A stretch of 60,765 nt of DNA, taken from assembly GCA_005778215.1 (NCBI GenBank), contig SXKB01000309.1:1-60765 (forward strand). Direction: 5' to 3'. Shown piece after piece: positions 25,301 to 34,319 of this stretch. The translations under genes and the position numbers were made by a program. Every line of letters begins with the position of its first letter. Position 1 is the first letter of the stretch. The notes below the pieces were generated by a model. That model did not search any database. It was not told the DNA's origin and saw nothing but the letters and a program-made list of their open reading frames with translations. The DNA is from Actinomycetota bacterium. Its GTDB lineage: Bacteria; Actinomycetota; Acidimicrobiia; Acidimicrobiales; Ilumatobacteraceae.

Positions 25301-26809
25301 GTGAACGCGACCACCAGCACCGAGCAGCTCGCCGTCGAGGCCCGTCAGTCGGGCGAGTTCCGACGCGCCGCCGAACTGTTCTCCGCCGCCGCTGCCGAGG
25401 CGCCCGACCTGCAGGCCCGTCTGCACCTGCAGATCCGCCAGGCGATCTGCCTGGTGGCCGCCGACCGGCTGGAGGAGGCCGCCGCGCTCGCCCGCGTGGT
25501 GGCCGACGAGGCCCGCGCCGACGGGCACCTGGCCGAACTGGCCGACGCCCTCGGCCTGCTGGTCGACGACCACACCCGCGCCGGTCGCTGGGCCGAAGCC
25601 ACACAGGCGCTCTCCGAAGCGGTGTACATCCTGCAACGGCTGCCGAACGACCCGCAGTACTACCAAGTGCTGCAGAACATGGCCGACACCTACGCCCACT
25701 GCGGCTTCGTGGAACCCGCGCTCGAGCTGTACGACCGGGCCCTGCGCCTGGCCGACAACGACAGCGACCGCCAGTTCACCTACGCGAGCATGTCGGCTGC
25801 GTACCACGACGCCGCACAGCGGGAGACCGACCCGTTGGAACAGCATCGCCTGCTCCACGACGGCCTCTACGCCGCCACCGCGGCCCTCGACCCCGAGGGC
25901 GCCACCGAAGCGCTCTCCATCGGCGAAGCACTCGCCCATCGCTCGATGATGTTGGCCGAGATCGGCCACTACCACTCGGCCGTCGACGACGCCCGCCGCG
26001 CACGCGACGTGGCCTCGCAGCATGGTCTGCGCGGTGAACTCGCCCTCTCCATCGCCGGTGAGGCACTCGCCGTCTGGGGCCTCAGCCGCGATGCCGGCGT
26101 GCGCGACCTGATCGCGGAGGCGTTCGCCGCCGCCGAGGGTCTCGACCTCGAGCGCTACCTCGGCCCACTGCACGAGCTGGAGGTGGAAGTGCTGTGGACG
26201 CTCGGCCAGTACACCGAGGCCCGCGCGGCACTCGAACTGCAGCTGCGCGCCGCGCTGCGCCGCCAGCACGACGAGAGCGCCGTGCGATGGGAGCACGTGC
26301 GGCTCGGCGCCGACCACCTGGAAGTGGCCGCCATCAGCGAGAGCGACCCGCTCACCGGGCTGCCCAACCGCCGCCACCTCGCGCACGTGCTGCCTGAGGC
26401 CGTCCATGCCCACGCCCCGGTGTGCCTGGGCATGATCGACCTCGACGGGTTCAAGCACATCAACGACGAATACGGCTACCTGCTCGGTGACGGCGTGCTG
26501 CAGGAAGTGGCCACCGTGCTCGAGCGCGTCTGCCGACGCGGCGACACCGTGGTGCGCCTCGGCGGCGACGAGTTCGTGATGGTGCTGCGCGAGACGTCCC
26601 CCAACGACGCTCGCGCCGTGTTCGAACGCGTGCGCCAACTGATCGGTATGCGCACCTGGCACGGCATCCCGGCCGACGTGCGCCTCACGGCCAGCGTCGG
26701 CCTCACCGTCGGCAGCCACGGCGCCGAACCCGACCAGTTGCTGGCCCAGGCCACCAACGCGCTGCAGCAGGCCAAGCGCGCCGGCCGCGACCGCATCATC
26801 ATCCAATAG
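25301..26809 (+). CDS. Diguanylate cyclase (TPR-like helical N-domain + GGDEF with I-site)
   Basis: DPLTGLPNRR...DLDGFKHINDEYGYLLGD...RRGDTVVRLGGDEFVMVL. The RxxD (RRGD) lies 5 residues before GGDEF. The GTG start is at 25301. Confidence 0.9.
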   Translation: MNATTSTEQLAVEARQSGEFRRAAELFSAAAAEAPDLQARLHLQIRQAICLVAADRLEEAAALARVVADEARADGHLAELADALGLLVDDHTRAGRWAEATQALSEAVYILQRLPNDPQYYQVLQNMADTYAHCGFVEPALELYDRALRLADNDSDRQFTYASMSAAYHDAAQRETDPLEQHRLLHDGLYAATAALDPEGATEALSIGEALAHRSMMLAEIGHYHSAVDDARRARDVASQHGLRGELALSIAGEALAVWGLSRDAGVRDLIAEAFAAAEGLDLERYLGPLHELEVEVLWTLGQYTEARAALELQLRAALRRQHDESAVRWEHVRLGADHLEVAAISESDPLTGLPNRRHLAHVLPEAVHAHAPVCLGMIDLDGFKHINDEYGYLLGDGVLQEVATVLERVCRRGDTVVRLGGDEFVMVLRETSPNDARAVFERVRQLIGMRTWHGIPADVRLTASVGLTVGSHGAEPDQLLAQATNALQQAKRAGRDRIIIQ

Positions 26810-26833
26810 GAAACTGGATAGGGTTCCCCACCA

Positions 26834-28051
26834 ATGGCAGCACAGGCATGGTTCTCATCGGGTGACGTCGACGTCGCCCCCGGTACCACCGTGGTGTTGC
26901 AGCTCACCGTGGTGAACCTGTCCGACACCACCGACTCGTTCGTGCTCACGCCCGTCGGCATGCCCGCGGCCTGGACCACGCTGCGGCCCGCGAACATCAC
27001 CCTGTTCGGCGGCACCCAACAGATCGTCGATGTGGAGGTGTCGCCCCCGCTGGTGTCGAGCACCATCGCCGGGCCCGCCGCACTGTCGGTGCGCATCGTG
27101 CCGCAGCGCGACCCCGACAACCTCAGCACCGCCGAGACCACGCTGGTGATCGGTGAGAGCTTCGACCGACGCCTCAACGTGCTCACCCCCGCCCTACGTG
27201 GCCGCCGCACCGCCACCTACGACCTGATGGTCGAGAACCGTGGCAACACCCTCGCGTCGTGCCGCATGCACCTCGTCGACCCGACCGGCCGACTGGAGGG
27301 CGACTTCGACCCGCCCGCCGCCGGCGTGGAACCCGGCGCCAGCACGCTGGTGCGGATGAAGGTGCGCGCCACCGGCATCCAGTGGAACCGCCACCCGCGC
27401 ACCATCCCGTTCCGCATCGACGCCGACCAGCCCGGCAGCCCCACCGCCACCGCGCCGGCCACGTTCGTGCAGGCACCCATCGTGCCCGAGAACCTCATCG
27501 GTCGCCTCGTGGCCACCGGGCTCGTGGTGGGCGCGTTCGCGCTCGCCTGGGTGGGCATCGTCAAGCCCGCCATCCGCGACGCCGCCGACGATGCCGTGGC
27601 CGACCAGGTGGTCACCCAGACCACCGTGGTCACCAGCAGCGTCGAGCCCAACCCCGACGACACCACCAACACGGGTGGCGGCAACGGTGGCAGCACCGAC
27701 AACGGCACCATCGTGAACATCCCACTGCCCGTCTCGGTGCCCCAGGGCCAGACCGGCGCGAACCAGTACACGGTGCCGGCCGGCCAGACCCTGCGCATCA
27801 CCGACATCGTGGTGCAGAACCCGCAGCAGGATCAGGGCACGCTGGTCCTCGCCCGCAACTCGAACGCGCTGTTCACGTACAGCCTCACCAACATGTTCGG
27901 CGCCGACATCGATCAGCCGCTGCGCACCCCGCTCGAGTTCCAGTCGGGCGAACAGGTCACCGTCACCGTCACCTGCGACGGCGTCGGCGATCTCACCGGC
28001 ACCGCCTGCAGCCCCAACGTGCTGCTCAGCGGCGTCCTCGTCCCCGCCTGA
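26834..28051 (+). CDS. Hypothetical single-pass membrane protein with Ig-like (CARDB/NEW3-like) N-terminal repeats
   Basis: There are two roughly 100-aa beta-rich segments (VVLQLTVVNLSDTTDSF...; YDLMVENRGNTLASCRMHL...). The central TM is LVATGLVVGAFALAWVGIV, followed by a C-terminal ~160-aa domain. No N-terminal signal peptide is seen. Confidence 0.7.
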   Translation: MAAQAWFSSGDVDVAPGTTVVLQLTVVNLSDTTDSFVLTPVGMPAAWTTLRPANITLFGGTQQIVDVEVSPPLVSSTIAGPAALSVRIVPQRDPDNLSTAETTLVIGESFDRRLNVLTPALRGRRTATYDLMVENRGNTLASCRMHLVDPTGRLEGDFDPPAAGVEPGASTLVRMKVRATGIQWNRHPRTIPFRIDADQPGSPTATAPATFVQAPIVPENLIGRLVATGLVVGAFALAWVGIVKPAIRDAADDAVADQVVTQTTVVTSSVEPNPDDTTNTGGGNGGSTDNGTIVNIPLPVSVPQGQTGANQYTVPAGQTLRITDIVVQNPQQDQGTLVLARNSNALFTYSLTNMFGADIDQPLRTPLEFQSGEQVTVTVTCDGVGDLTGTACSPNVLLSGVLVPA

Positions 28052-28052
28052 G

Positions 28053-28078
28053 TCCGGCCCGTTCGCCGATCGGCCGGA
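28053..28078. terminator. Hairpin between convergent genes
   Basis: TCCGGCC (28053-28059) pairs with GGCCGGA (28072-28078), with a 12-nt loop. It fills most of the 34-nt gap between the stops at 28051 and 28086. Confidence 0.4.
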
Positions 28079-28085
28079 GTGGCCG

Positions 28086-30473
28086 TCAGTCGGTGTCGAA
28101 GCGGGGGGAGTTGGCGCCGGCCCGCTTGCGGGGCACCATCACCGTCACGTCGGCCGTGGCCAACTGCCCGTCGAGCGTCTGTGCCACCAGCGTGCGCGGC
28201 CCGGGACGATCGTTGGGGCGCAACGTGAACTCCACCAGCAGGCCACCCATCGCATCGGTGACCACCGAGACCGGACGACCCGAGCCGTCGGCCCACGACA
28301 CCGTGACCGGCGTGTTGGGAGCGAACCCGGCACCCACCACCGTGAGGAGACTGGGGGCCACCGCCACGGTGTTGCTGACGGCGAGCTTCGGCTCGTAGTG
28401 GCCCTCGCCACTCACCAGCATCGTGGTGTACGCACCGTCGGTGGTGGCCACCACCACGCTCGCCGTGCGCAGACCTGCGCCGGTGGGCGTGAACACGATC
28501 TCGAGGTTGCACGTCTCGGCGGCCGGCACCGTGCGCCCGCTGCACTCGTCGTTGCCGACCACGAAGTCGAGCGGGTTCGAACCCTGGATCTTCACCGACC
28601 GCACCCGCACCGGGTTGAACGCCACGTTGTAGATCGAGAACACCATCGGCTCGTCGCGACCGCCCACCACCATCGGGTGCGCCTCGGCCCCGCCCGGGCT
28701 GGGCGCCAACGCCGGGTCGCCACCGAAGCCGGTGAGCTCGGACGTCATCTCCATCGCACCGAAGCCGGCCTCGGCCACCTTCAGCGTGCCCTCGGTGCGG
28801 CCCGCCGCGAACGGCATCAGCATCAGGTTCACCGTGCACACACCGCCGGGCGGCACCGGCACGTCGACCTGGTCGACACACGTGCCACCGCTCACCAGGA
28901 AGTCGGGGTTGTCGACTTCCACGGTGTGCGGGATGAACGACGACGGTCCGCGGTTCGCGAGCACCAGGTACCACTCGGGACCCGGATAGCCGACGGCCAC
29001 CGTGCCGAGATCGAGGTTCGCGAGGCTGAGCACCGGTCGATGCTCGACCACCGCGATCTGCCGACCGTCGGCCGGCAGGTTGCCGAACGCCTGACCGGCG
29101 AGCGTGTCGAACACCACCACGCGACCGTTGGCCGACACGCGCGGCTGCGAGTTCGCCGCCGGTGCCGGCGTGATGCCGTCGGCCAGGGTGCTCACCCGCT
29201 GCACCGTGCCCAGTGCCGGCACGCTGACCACGATGTCGCCGTCGAACTGGCCGCCGAGGTCACCGTTGCGGGTGGGGAACAGGTTGGTGGCCCGGCTCAC
29301 GTAGAACAGTTCGTCACCCGACCGGCCGAGCGCCGGCTGGGTGGCACCGAGATCGGCGGCCACCGGCGGCTGCGCCGGGTCGCCAGGGGCACGGCTGCCG
29401 AGATCGAGCGAGCCGTCGGTGCGGTCGTACAGGTACACCTGCGGCAGGCAGTCGGGACTGCACACCGGCAAGGTGGCGCCGGGCACCAGGTTGGAGGCCG
29501 TGGACACGAACGCCACGTACCGGCCGTCGCCCGACACCGCCGCGCTGCCGGCCTCGCCCGACTCACCGGCCGGCGACAACGAGATGCGGCGCACGTTCGT
29601 GTTGCGATCGAGGTTCGCCCGGTCCCACACGTACACGTGCGAGGTGGCGTAGCCGCCTGGCTGCTGACCCGAACTCCACTTGCCGAGCGGCAGGCTGGCA
29701 TCGGCGTCGGCGGTGAACGCCACCACGGTGCCGTCCTCGCTGATGGCCGGCTCGCGCAGGCCGCGGTAGCGGAACGTGGTGTCGGGGGCGGCACCGGGGC
29801 TGCCCGCCACCGGCTCGGCCCGTCCCGGCTCGCCGAGCGGGATGGTGAGATCGACCACCGTGACGGCGGTGAGTTCGGGGGCCACGATGCTGAACCGGTG
29901 CGTGTAGGCGACGACCGCACCCTCACCCGAGATGGCGGGGCGGTACAGCGGGCTCACGTTGTCGGCGGCGCTGGACTCGAAACCCGAACCACGCGTGGTG
30001 GACACGAGGTCCCACTCACCCGGCTCGCCACCGCACTCCACCAGGCGCTGCGTGTACACGTCCCACCGGTCGCCCTGGTCGTCGTCGCGGAACAGGTCGT
30101 ACGGGGCTTCGGTGATGACCGCCACGTTGCACCCGTCGGCGCTGATGACCGGCCACACGCTGTTGCCCGGCCGCACGCCGTCGGCCAGCGTGGTGAGCTC
30201 GGCCACCGTGCCCGCCGCGCGGTCCTGGATGAACGTGGTGCTGGTGCGGGTGTCGGCGGCGTCGAGCGGACGACCGGCGAACACCACCAGGCGACCATCG
30301 GCCGACACCGAGGGCGTCTGCGAGAACACCTCCGCCACCGGCGTGGCCGACAGTTCGGTCTCGTCGGCTGCCGGCGCGCGTCGATCAGCGGCGACGTGGG
30401 TGACTCCCACTGCCACTACCGAAGCCACCGTGCCCACGAAGAGCCAGTGGCGCGCACTGCGCGTGCCGAACAT
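28086..30473 (-). CDS. Secreted TolB/PD40-like beta-propeller protein with two choice-of-anchor-D-type Ig domains
   Basis: It has a signal/TM (HWLFVGTVASVVAVGV) and repeated S(A/G/E)DG(R)xV(A/V)F blades. Two segments follow the pattern LG.V.VG...L.N.G...F....C....PGG.C.V...F.P...G. Confidence 0.8.
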   Translation of the reverse strand: MFGTRSARHWLFVGTVASVVAVGVTHVAADRRAPAADETELSATPVAEVFSQTPSVSADGRLVVFAGRPLDAADTRTSTTFIQDRAAGTVAELTTLADGVRPGNSVWPVISADGCNVAVITEAPYDLFRDDDQGDRWDVYTQRLVECGGEPGEWDLVSTTRGSGFESSAADNVSPLYRPAISGEGAVVAYTHRFSIVAPELTAVTVVDLTIPLGEPGRAEPVAGSPGAAPDTTFRYRGLREPAISEDGTVVAFTADADASLPLGKWSSGQQPGGYATSHVYVWDRANLDRNTNVRRISLSPAGESGEAGSAAVSGDGRYVAFVSTASNLVPGATLPVCSPDCLPQVYLYDRTDGSLDLGSRAPGDPAQPPVAADLGATQPALGRSGDELFYVSRATNLFPTRNGDLGGQFDGDIVVSVPALGTVQRVSTLADGITPAPAANSQPRVSANGRVVVFDTLAGQAFGNLPADGRQIAVVEHRPVLSLANLDLGTVAVGYPGPEWYLVLANRGPSSFIPHTVEVDNPDFLVSGGTCVDQVDVPVPPGGVCTVNLMLMPFAAGRTEGTLKVAEAGFGAMEMTSELTGFGGDPALAPSPGGAEAHPMVVGGRDEPMVFSIYNVAFNPVRVRSVKIQGSNPLDFVVGNDECSGRTVPAAETCNLEIVFTPTGAGLRTASVVVATTDGAYTTMLVSGEGHYEPKLAVSNTVAVAPSLLTVVGAGFAPNTPVTVSWADGSGRPVSVVTDAMGGLLVEFTLRPNDRPGPRTLVAQTLDGQLATADVTVMVPRKRAGANSPRFDTD

Positions 30474-30518
30474 GCTGCGTTCTCACTCCCGCCCGGTCGT
30501 TGCGAACTTCCAGGAAGT

Positions 30519-31250
30519 CTAGGTCTCGGAGGATAGGGACGTCACCAGGACGTCGATCAATCCTCTCAGTGAATGATCGGTTGCCACCAGGGAAATCTTG
30601 AGGTCGAGCGTGGCCGCTGCGGCCGCCGTCTGTGGGCCGATGGCCACTGCGATCGGCGGGGTGGAGGTGCCGAACACGGCCACCCACGCGCGCACCGCCG
30701 AACCGCTCGCGAACAGCACGGCATCGGCCGACAACGCGGCCAGTTGCAGACGCGCGTCGGGCCGCGCCGGCACCGTGCGGTAGGGCGTGCTGACGGTGAC
30801 CTGCCAACCCCGCGCACGCAGGCCGTCGGCCATGGTGGGTTCGGCGTCGAGTGCCTGCACCAGCAGCACCGCACCCGAGCCCGACGGGAACTCGGCCAAC
30901 AACCCGGCCGCGCTCTGCTGGGCCGGCACCAGAGTGGCGGTCACACCTCCGCTGAGCAGGGCCGACGCGGTGGTGGCACCCACGGCCGCCACCCCTGCGG
31001 GGGCGGTGGTGTGCGCCGCCACGTACTGCTCGGCACCGTTCGGCGACGTGACCACCAGCCAGTCGAACGCCGCCGGATCCAGTGCGCGCAACGCTGCGGC
31101 GGCCTCCGGATCGACCACCTGCTCCACCAGCGGCACCACCACCGGCACCGCGCCCTCGGCCTCCAGCAACCCGGCCAGCGAACCGGCCTGCGACGACGAC
31201 CGCGTCACCACCACCCGCCGGCCCTGCAACGCGCCGGACGAGGGGGCCAC
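30519..31250 (-). CDS. hemD: Uroporphyrinogen-III synthase
   Basis: LQGRRVVVTRSSSQAGSLAGLLEAEGAVPVVVP...WLVVTSPNGA...VLFASGSAVRAW. The start (GTG 31250, 5 nt after the hemC stop) is uncertain. Confidence 0.85.
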   Translation of the reverse strand: MAPSSGALQGRRVVVTRSSSQAGSLAGLLEAEGAVPVVVPLVEQVVDPEAAAALRALDPAAFDWLVVTSPNGAEQYVAAHTTAPAGVAAVGATTASALLSGGVTATLVPAQQSAAGLLAEFPSGSGAVLLVQALDAEPTMADGLRARGWQVTVSTPYRTVPARPDARLQLAALSADAVLFASGSAVRAWVAVFGTSTPPIAVAIGPQTAAAAATLDLKISLVATDHSLRGLIDVLVTSLSSET

Positions 31251-31254
31251 GTCC

Positions 31255-32124
31255 TCAGCCCGCCCCGAGCTCGGTGCGCAGCTCGCGGGCCAGCGCCGCT
31301 GCCTCGGCCGTGCCCTGCGGCCCCAACGCGACGGACCGCGCCACGTGCCGTCCCGACGCCGGGTCGGCCAGGAACCCGTGCAGCACGCCGTCGACCGCGT
31401 GCGCCGCCACCGGCAGCGAACAGCCGGTGCCCAGCTCGGCCAGGAACGCACGCTCGACCTCCACCGCCACCCGGCTGACGGCATGGTCGACGGCCGCCAA
31501 CCGCTCGGCGGTCGCGGTGTCGTCGGCACGGCACTCGATGGCCACGCAGCCCTGCCCGGGCGCGGGCACGAACTCGGTGACCGACAGTGCCTGCGCGATG
31601 CGATCGGTGAGGCCGAGGATCTCCATCGCCGCCACCGCCATCACCAGCGCGCCGCCCTCGGGCAGCTTCGACAGGCGGGTGTGAATGTTGCCGCGCAGCT
31701 CCACGAACTGCAGATCGGGCCGCACCGCCTGCAACTGTGCCCGGCGTCGCACCGACCCGGTGGCCACCGTGGCTCCCGCAGGCAGGTCGGACAGCGCGGC
31801 ACCCACCAACGCATCGCGCGGGTCGCGGCGCGCGCAGAAGGCCGCCAACTGCAGTCCGTCAGCGGTGATGGACGGCAGGTCCTTCGCACTGTGCACGGCG
31901 AGGTCGGCGTGCCCGTCGAGCACAGCCCGCTGCACCTCCTTCACGAACACACCCTGGCCACCGATGGAGTGCAACGGCACGTCGGTGCGCTGGTCACCCA
32001 ACGTCTCCACGAACACCAGCTCCACCGACAGCCCGGGATGCGCCGTCATCAGCGCATCGGCCACGGCCTGCGACTGCGCAGTGGCCTGCGCACTGCTGCG
32101 CGTGGCGAGACGGAGCACGGTCAC
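31255..32124 (-). CDS. hemC: Hydroxymethylbilane synthase (porphobilinogen deaminase)
   Basis: LRLATRSSAQA...GGQGVFVKEVQ...DLAVHSAKDLP...RGNIHTRL...PAPGQGCVAIE. The GTG start at 32124 lies 8 nt after the hemA stop. Confidence 0.94.
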   Translation of the reverse strand: MTVLRLATRSSAQATAQSQAVADALMTAHPGLSVELVFVETLGDQRTDVPLHSIGGQGVFVKEVQRAVLDGHADLAVHSAKDLPSITADGLQLAAFCARRDPRDALVGAALSDLPAGATVATGSVRRRAQLQAVRPDLQFVELRGNIHTRLSKLPEGGALVMAVAAMEILGLTDRIAQALSVTEFVPAPGQGCVAIECRADDTATAERLAAVDHAVSRVAVEVERAFLAELGTGCSLPVAAHAVDGVLHGFLADPASGRHVARSVALGPQGTAEAAALARELRTELGAG

Positions 32125-32131
32125 GGCCGCC

Positions 32132-33388
32132 TCAGCCGAGATCGAACAGTTCGCGCACCGCGGCGGCGTTGCGCTCACCCTGCGGCGTACCCGCGTCGTC
32201 CTTCAGCCGCACCGACACCTGGTGGAGCAGCTTGGCGACGATGCCCTTGGTGAGCGCCTCCACCGTCTCGCGCTGCGCCGGATCGAGCGCGGCGAGCCGG
32301 TTGTGGAACCGCTCGAGCTCGGCGGTGCGCACCGCGTCGGCCTTCTCGTGCAGCTGGGCCACCAGCGGCGCCGCCTGGCGGGCCGTGGCCTCCATGCCGA
32401 ACCGCTCGACCTCTTCGCCCACGATGTCGCGCACCTTGTCGGCCTCGGCCTGACGCTGCGCCAGCCCTCGGGCCGCCCAGTCGCGGAGGTGATCGAGGTT
32501 CAACAGGGTGACACCGGGGACCGACATCACGTCGGGCGCCACATTGCGCGGCACGGCGATGTCGACGATGAGCAACGGCGACGCGGCACCGGCGCGGTGC
32601 GTGGCCACGAGCTCGTGATCGATGAACGTACCGGCGCCGCTGCTGGTGAGCAGCACGTCGGCGTCGTCGAGCGCCTCGGCCCAGTGCGCGAACGGCACGA
32701 TGCGACCGCCCACCCGCTGTGCGAGGTGCTCGGCGCGGGTGTCGGTGCGATTCGTGACCGTGATGTCGGTGGCACCGGCACCCACGAGCGCGACGGCGAT
32801 GCCCTCGCCCATCTCGCCGGCACCCACCACGAGCACCTTGCGGCCCGCCAGTGAGCCGAGGATGTCGTGGGCCATGTCGACCGCAGCGTGGCTGACCGAC
32901 GTGGTGTGCTTGCCGATGCCGGTCTCGGTGCGTGCCCGCTTGCCGGTCTCGAGCGCGTGACGGAACAGCAGGTTCAGCGTGGTGCGCGCCCCGCCCTCGA
33001 CCTGCGCAGCCTCCCAGGCGCCACGCACCTGACCGAGGATCTCGCTCTCGCCCAGCACGGCACTCTCGAGGCCGGACGCCACTTCGAACAGGTGACTCAC
33101 CGCCGCGTCGTCGTGCTGGCTGTACAGGTGCGGGTGCAGCTCGTCGGGTTGCAGCCCGCCGAGTTCGCAGAAGAAGTCACGGATGTCGGCGTAGGCGCCG
33201 TGGAACCGCTCGGCCACCGCGTACACCTCGGTGCGGTTGCACGTGCTGAGCACCGCCGCCTCGCGGATGTTCGCGCGGCTCACGAGGCCCGTGATGACCT
33301 TGCCCAACGCCTCACCCGGAATGGCGACGCGCTCGAGCAGGTCGATGGGGCCGGTGCGGTGGTTGACACCGATGACCACGATGCTCAT
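32132..33388 (-). CDS. hemA: Glutamyl-tRNA reductase
   Basis: VIGVNHRT...LSTCNRTEVY...ESEILGQV...VLVVGAGEMGE. Confidence 0.96.
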   Translation of the reverse strand: MSIVVIGVNHRTGPIDLLERVAIPGEALGKVITGLVSRANIREAAVLSTCNRTEVYAVAERFHGAYADIRDFFCELGGLQPDELHPHLYSQHDDAAVSHLFEVASGLESAVLGESEILGQVRGAWEAAQVEGGARTTLNLLFRHALETGKRARTETGIGKHTTSVSHAAVDMAHDILGSLAGRKVLVVGAGEMGEGIAVALVGAGATDITVTNRTDTRAEHLAQRVGGRIVPFAHWAEALDDADVLLTSSGAGTFIDHELVATHRAGAASPLLIVDIAVPRNVAPDVMSVPGVTLLNLDHLRDWAARGLAQRQAEADKVRDIVGEEVERFGMEATARQAAPLVAQLHEKADAVRTAELERFHNRLAALDPAQRETVEALTKGIVAKLLHQVSVRLKDDAGTPQGERNAAAVRELFDLG

Positions 33389-33400
33389 GCAGCGACCACC

Positions 33401-34093
33401 CTATGCGCTCGCCGACCGGCCGTTGCCATTCTGCACGGCATGAATGGCACCGCCGGCGCGGCGCTGCTCGTGGTAGCTGAGGATCTGCAGTTCGACCGCC
33501 AGGTCGACCTTGCGCACTTCGATGGCCCGCGGCACCGACAGCACCACGGGCGCGAAGTTGAGGATGCTGGTCACACCGGCCTTCACCAGGCGATCGGCTG
33601 CGTCCTGTGCCGCAGCGCCGGGCGTCGCGACCACGCCGATGTTCACCCGGCGGGTGGCCACGATCTGCGGCAGTTCGTCGATGTGGCGCACGCGGGTGCC
33701 GCCCAGCACGGTGCCCACCTTGGCGTCGTCGATGTCGACGATGCCGGCCACGGGGAAGCCCCGCTCGCCGAACCCGCCGTAGCCGGCGAGCGCCTGGCCC
33801 AGGTTGCCGGCGCCGACGATGACGACCGGCCAGTCGTGGGTGAGACCGAGCTCGCGGCGGATCTGGTACACGAGGTACGCCACTTCGTAGCCCACGCCTC
33901 GGGTGCCGTAGCTGCCGAGATAGCTGAGGTCCTTGCGCACCTTGGCGGCGTTCACGCCCGCCAGTTCGGCCAGACCCTCCGAGGAGATGCTCTCCACGCC
34001 CTCGTCGGCCTGCTCGCCGAGGATGCGCAGGTACACGGGCAGACGCGACACGGTGGCATCGGGGATGCGTCGGCGGTTGCGGTCGGGGGCCAT
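33401..34093 (-). CDS. rex: Redox-sensing transcriptional repressor Rex
   Basis: IPDATVSRLPVYLRIL...ISSEGLAELAGVNAAKVRKDLSYLGSYGTRGVGY...VVIVGAGNLGQAL. ATG 34093 is preferred over GTG 34114 because of the operator position. Confidence 0.93.
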   Translation of the reverse strand: MAPDRNRRRIPDATVSRLPVYLRILGEQADEGVESISSEGLAELAGVNAAKVRKDLSYLGSYGTRGVGYEVAYLVYQIRRELGLTHDWPVVIVGAGNLGQALAGYGGFGERGFPVAGIVDIDDAKVGTVLGGTRVRHIDELPQIVATRRVNIGVVATPGAAAQDAADRLVKAGVTSILNFAPVVLSVPRAIEVRKVDLAVELQILSYHEQRRAGGAIHAVQNGNGRSASA

Positions 34094-34115
34094 ACCGTCG
34101 CCAACGTTAGGCACT

Positions 34116-34131
34116 CGTGCACACGTTCACA
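34116..34131 (-). promoter_or_regulatory. Candidate Rex operator (ROP-like inverted repeat)
   Basis: CGTGCACACGTTCACA compared with the consensus TGTGAAC-N3-TTCACA (recalled from Streptomyces Rex work) gives a right half of 6/6 and a left half of 5/7. It lies 23 nt upstream of the rex ATG. Confidence 0.5.
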
Positions 34132-34319
34132 AAGCCAGCCGGGTGAGAGACCGGCGAGATTCGACGTGTCATCCGACACCCTGCGCGCTCCGCCGTTCGC
34201 CGGTCGCCGAGGCTTCTGGCAGGTTTCCGTCCCGGATTCCGGGACGGAACGCCGCCAGATGCCGATTCGGGACGAATTGCGCCCAGAAACCTGGCCCCGC
34301 ACGCCGTAACCTGCGGCCG

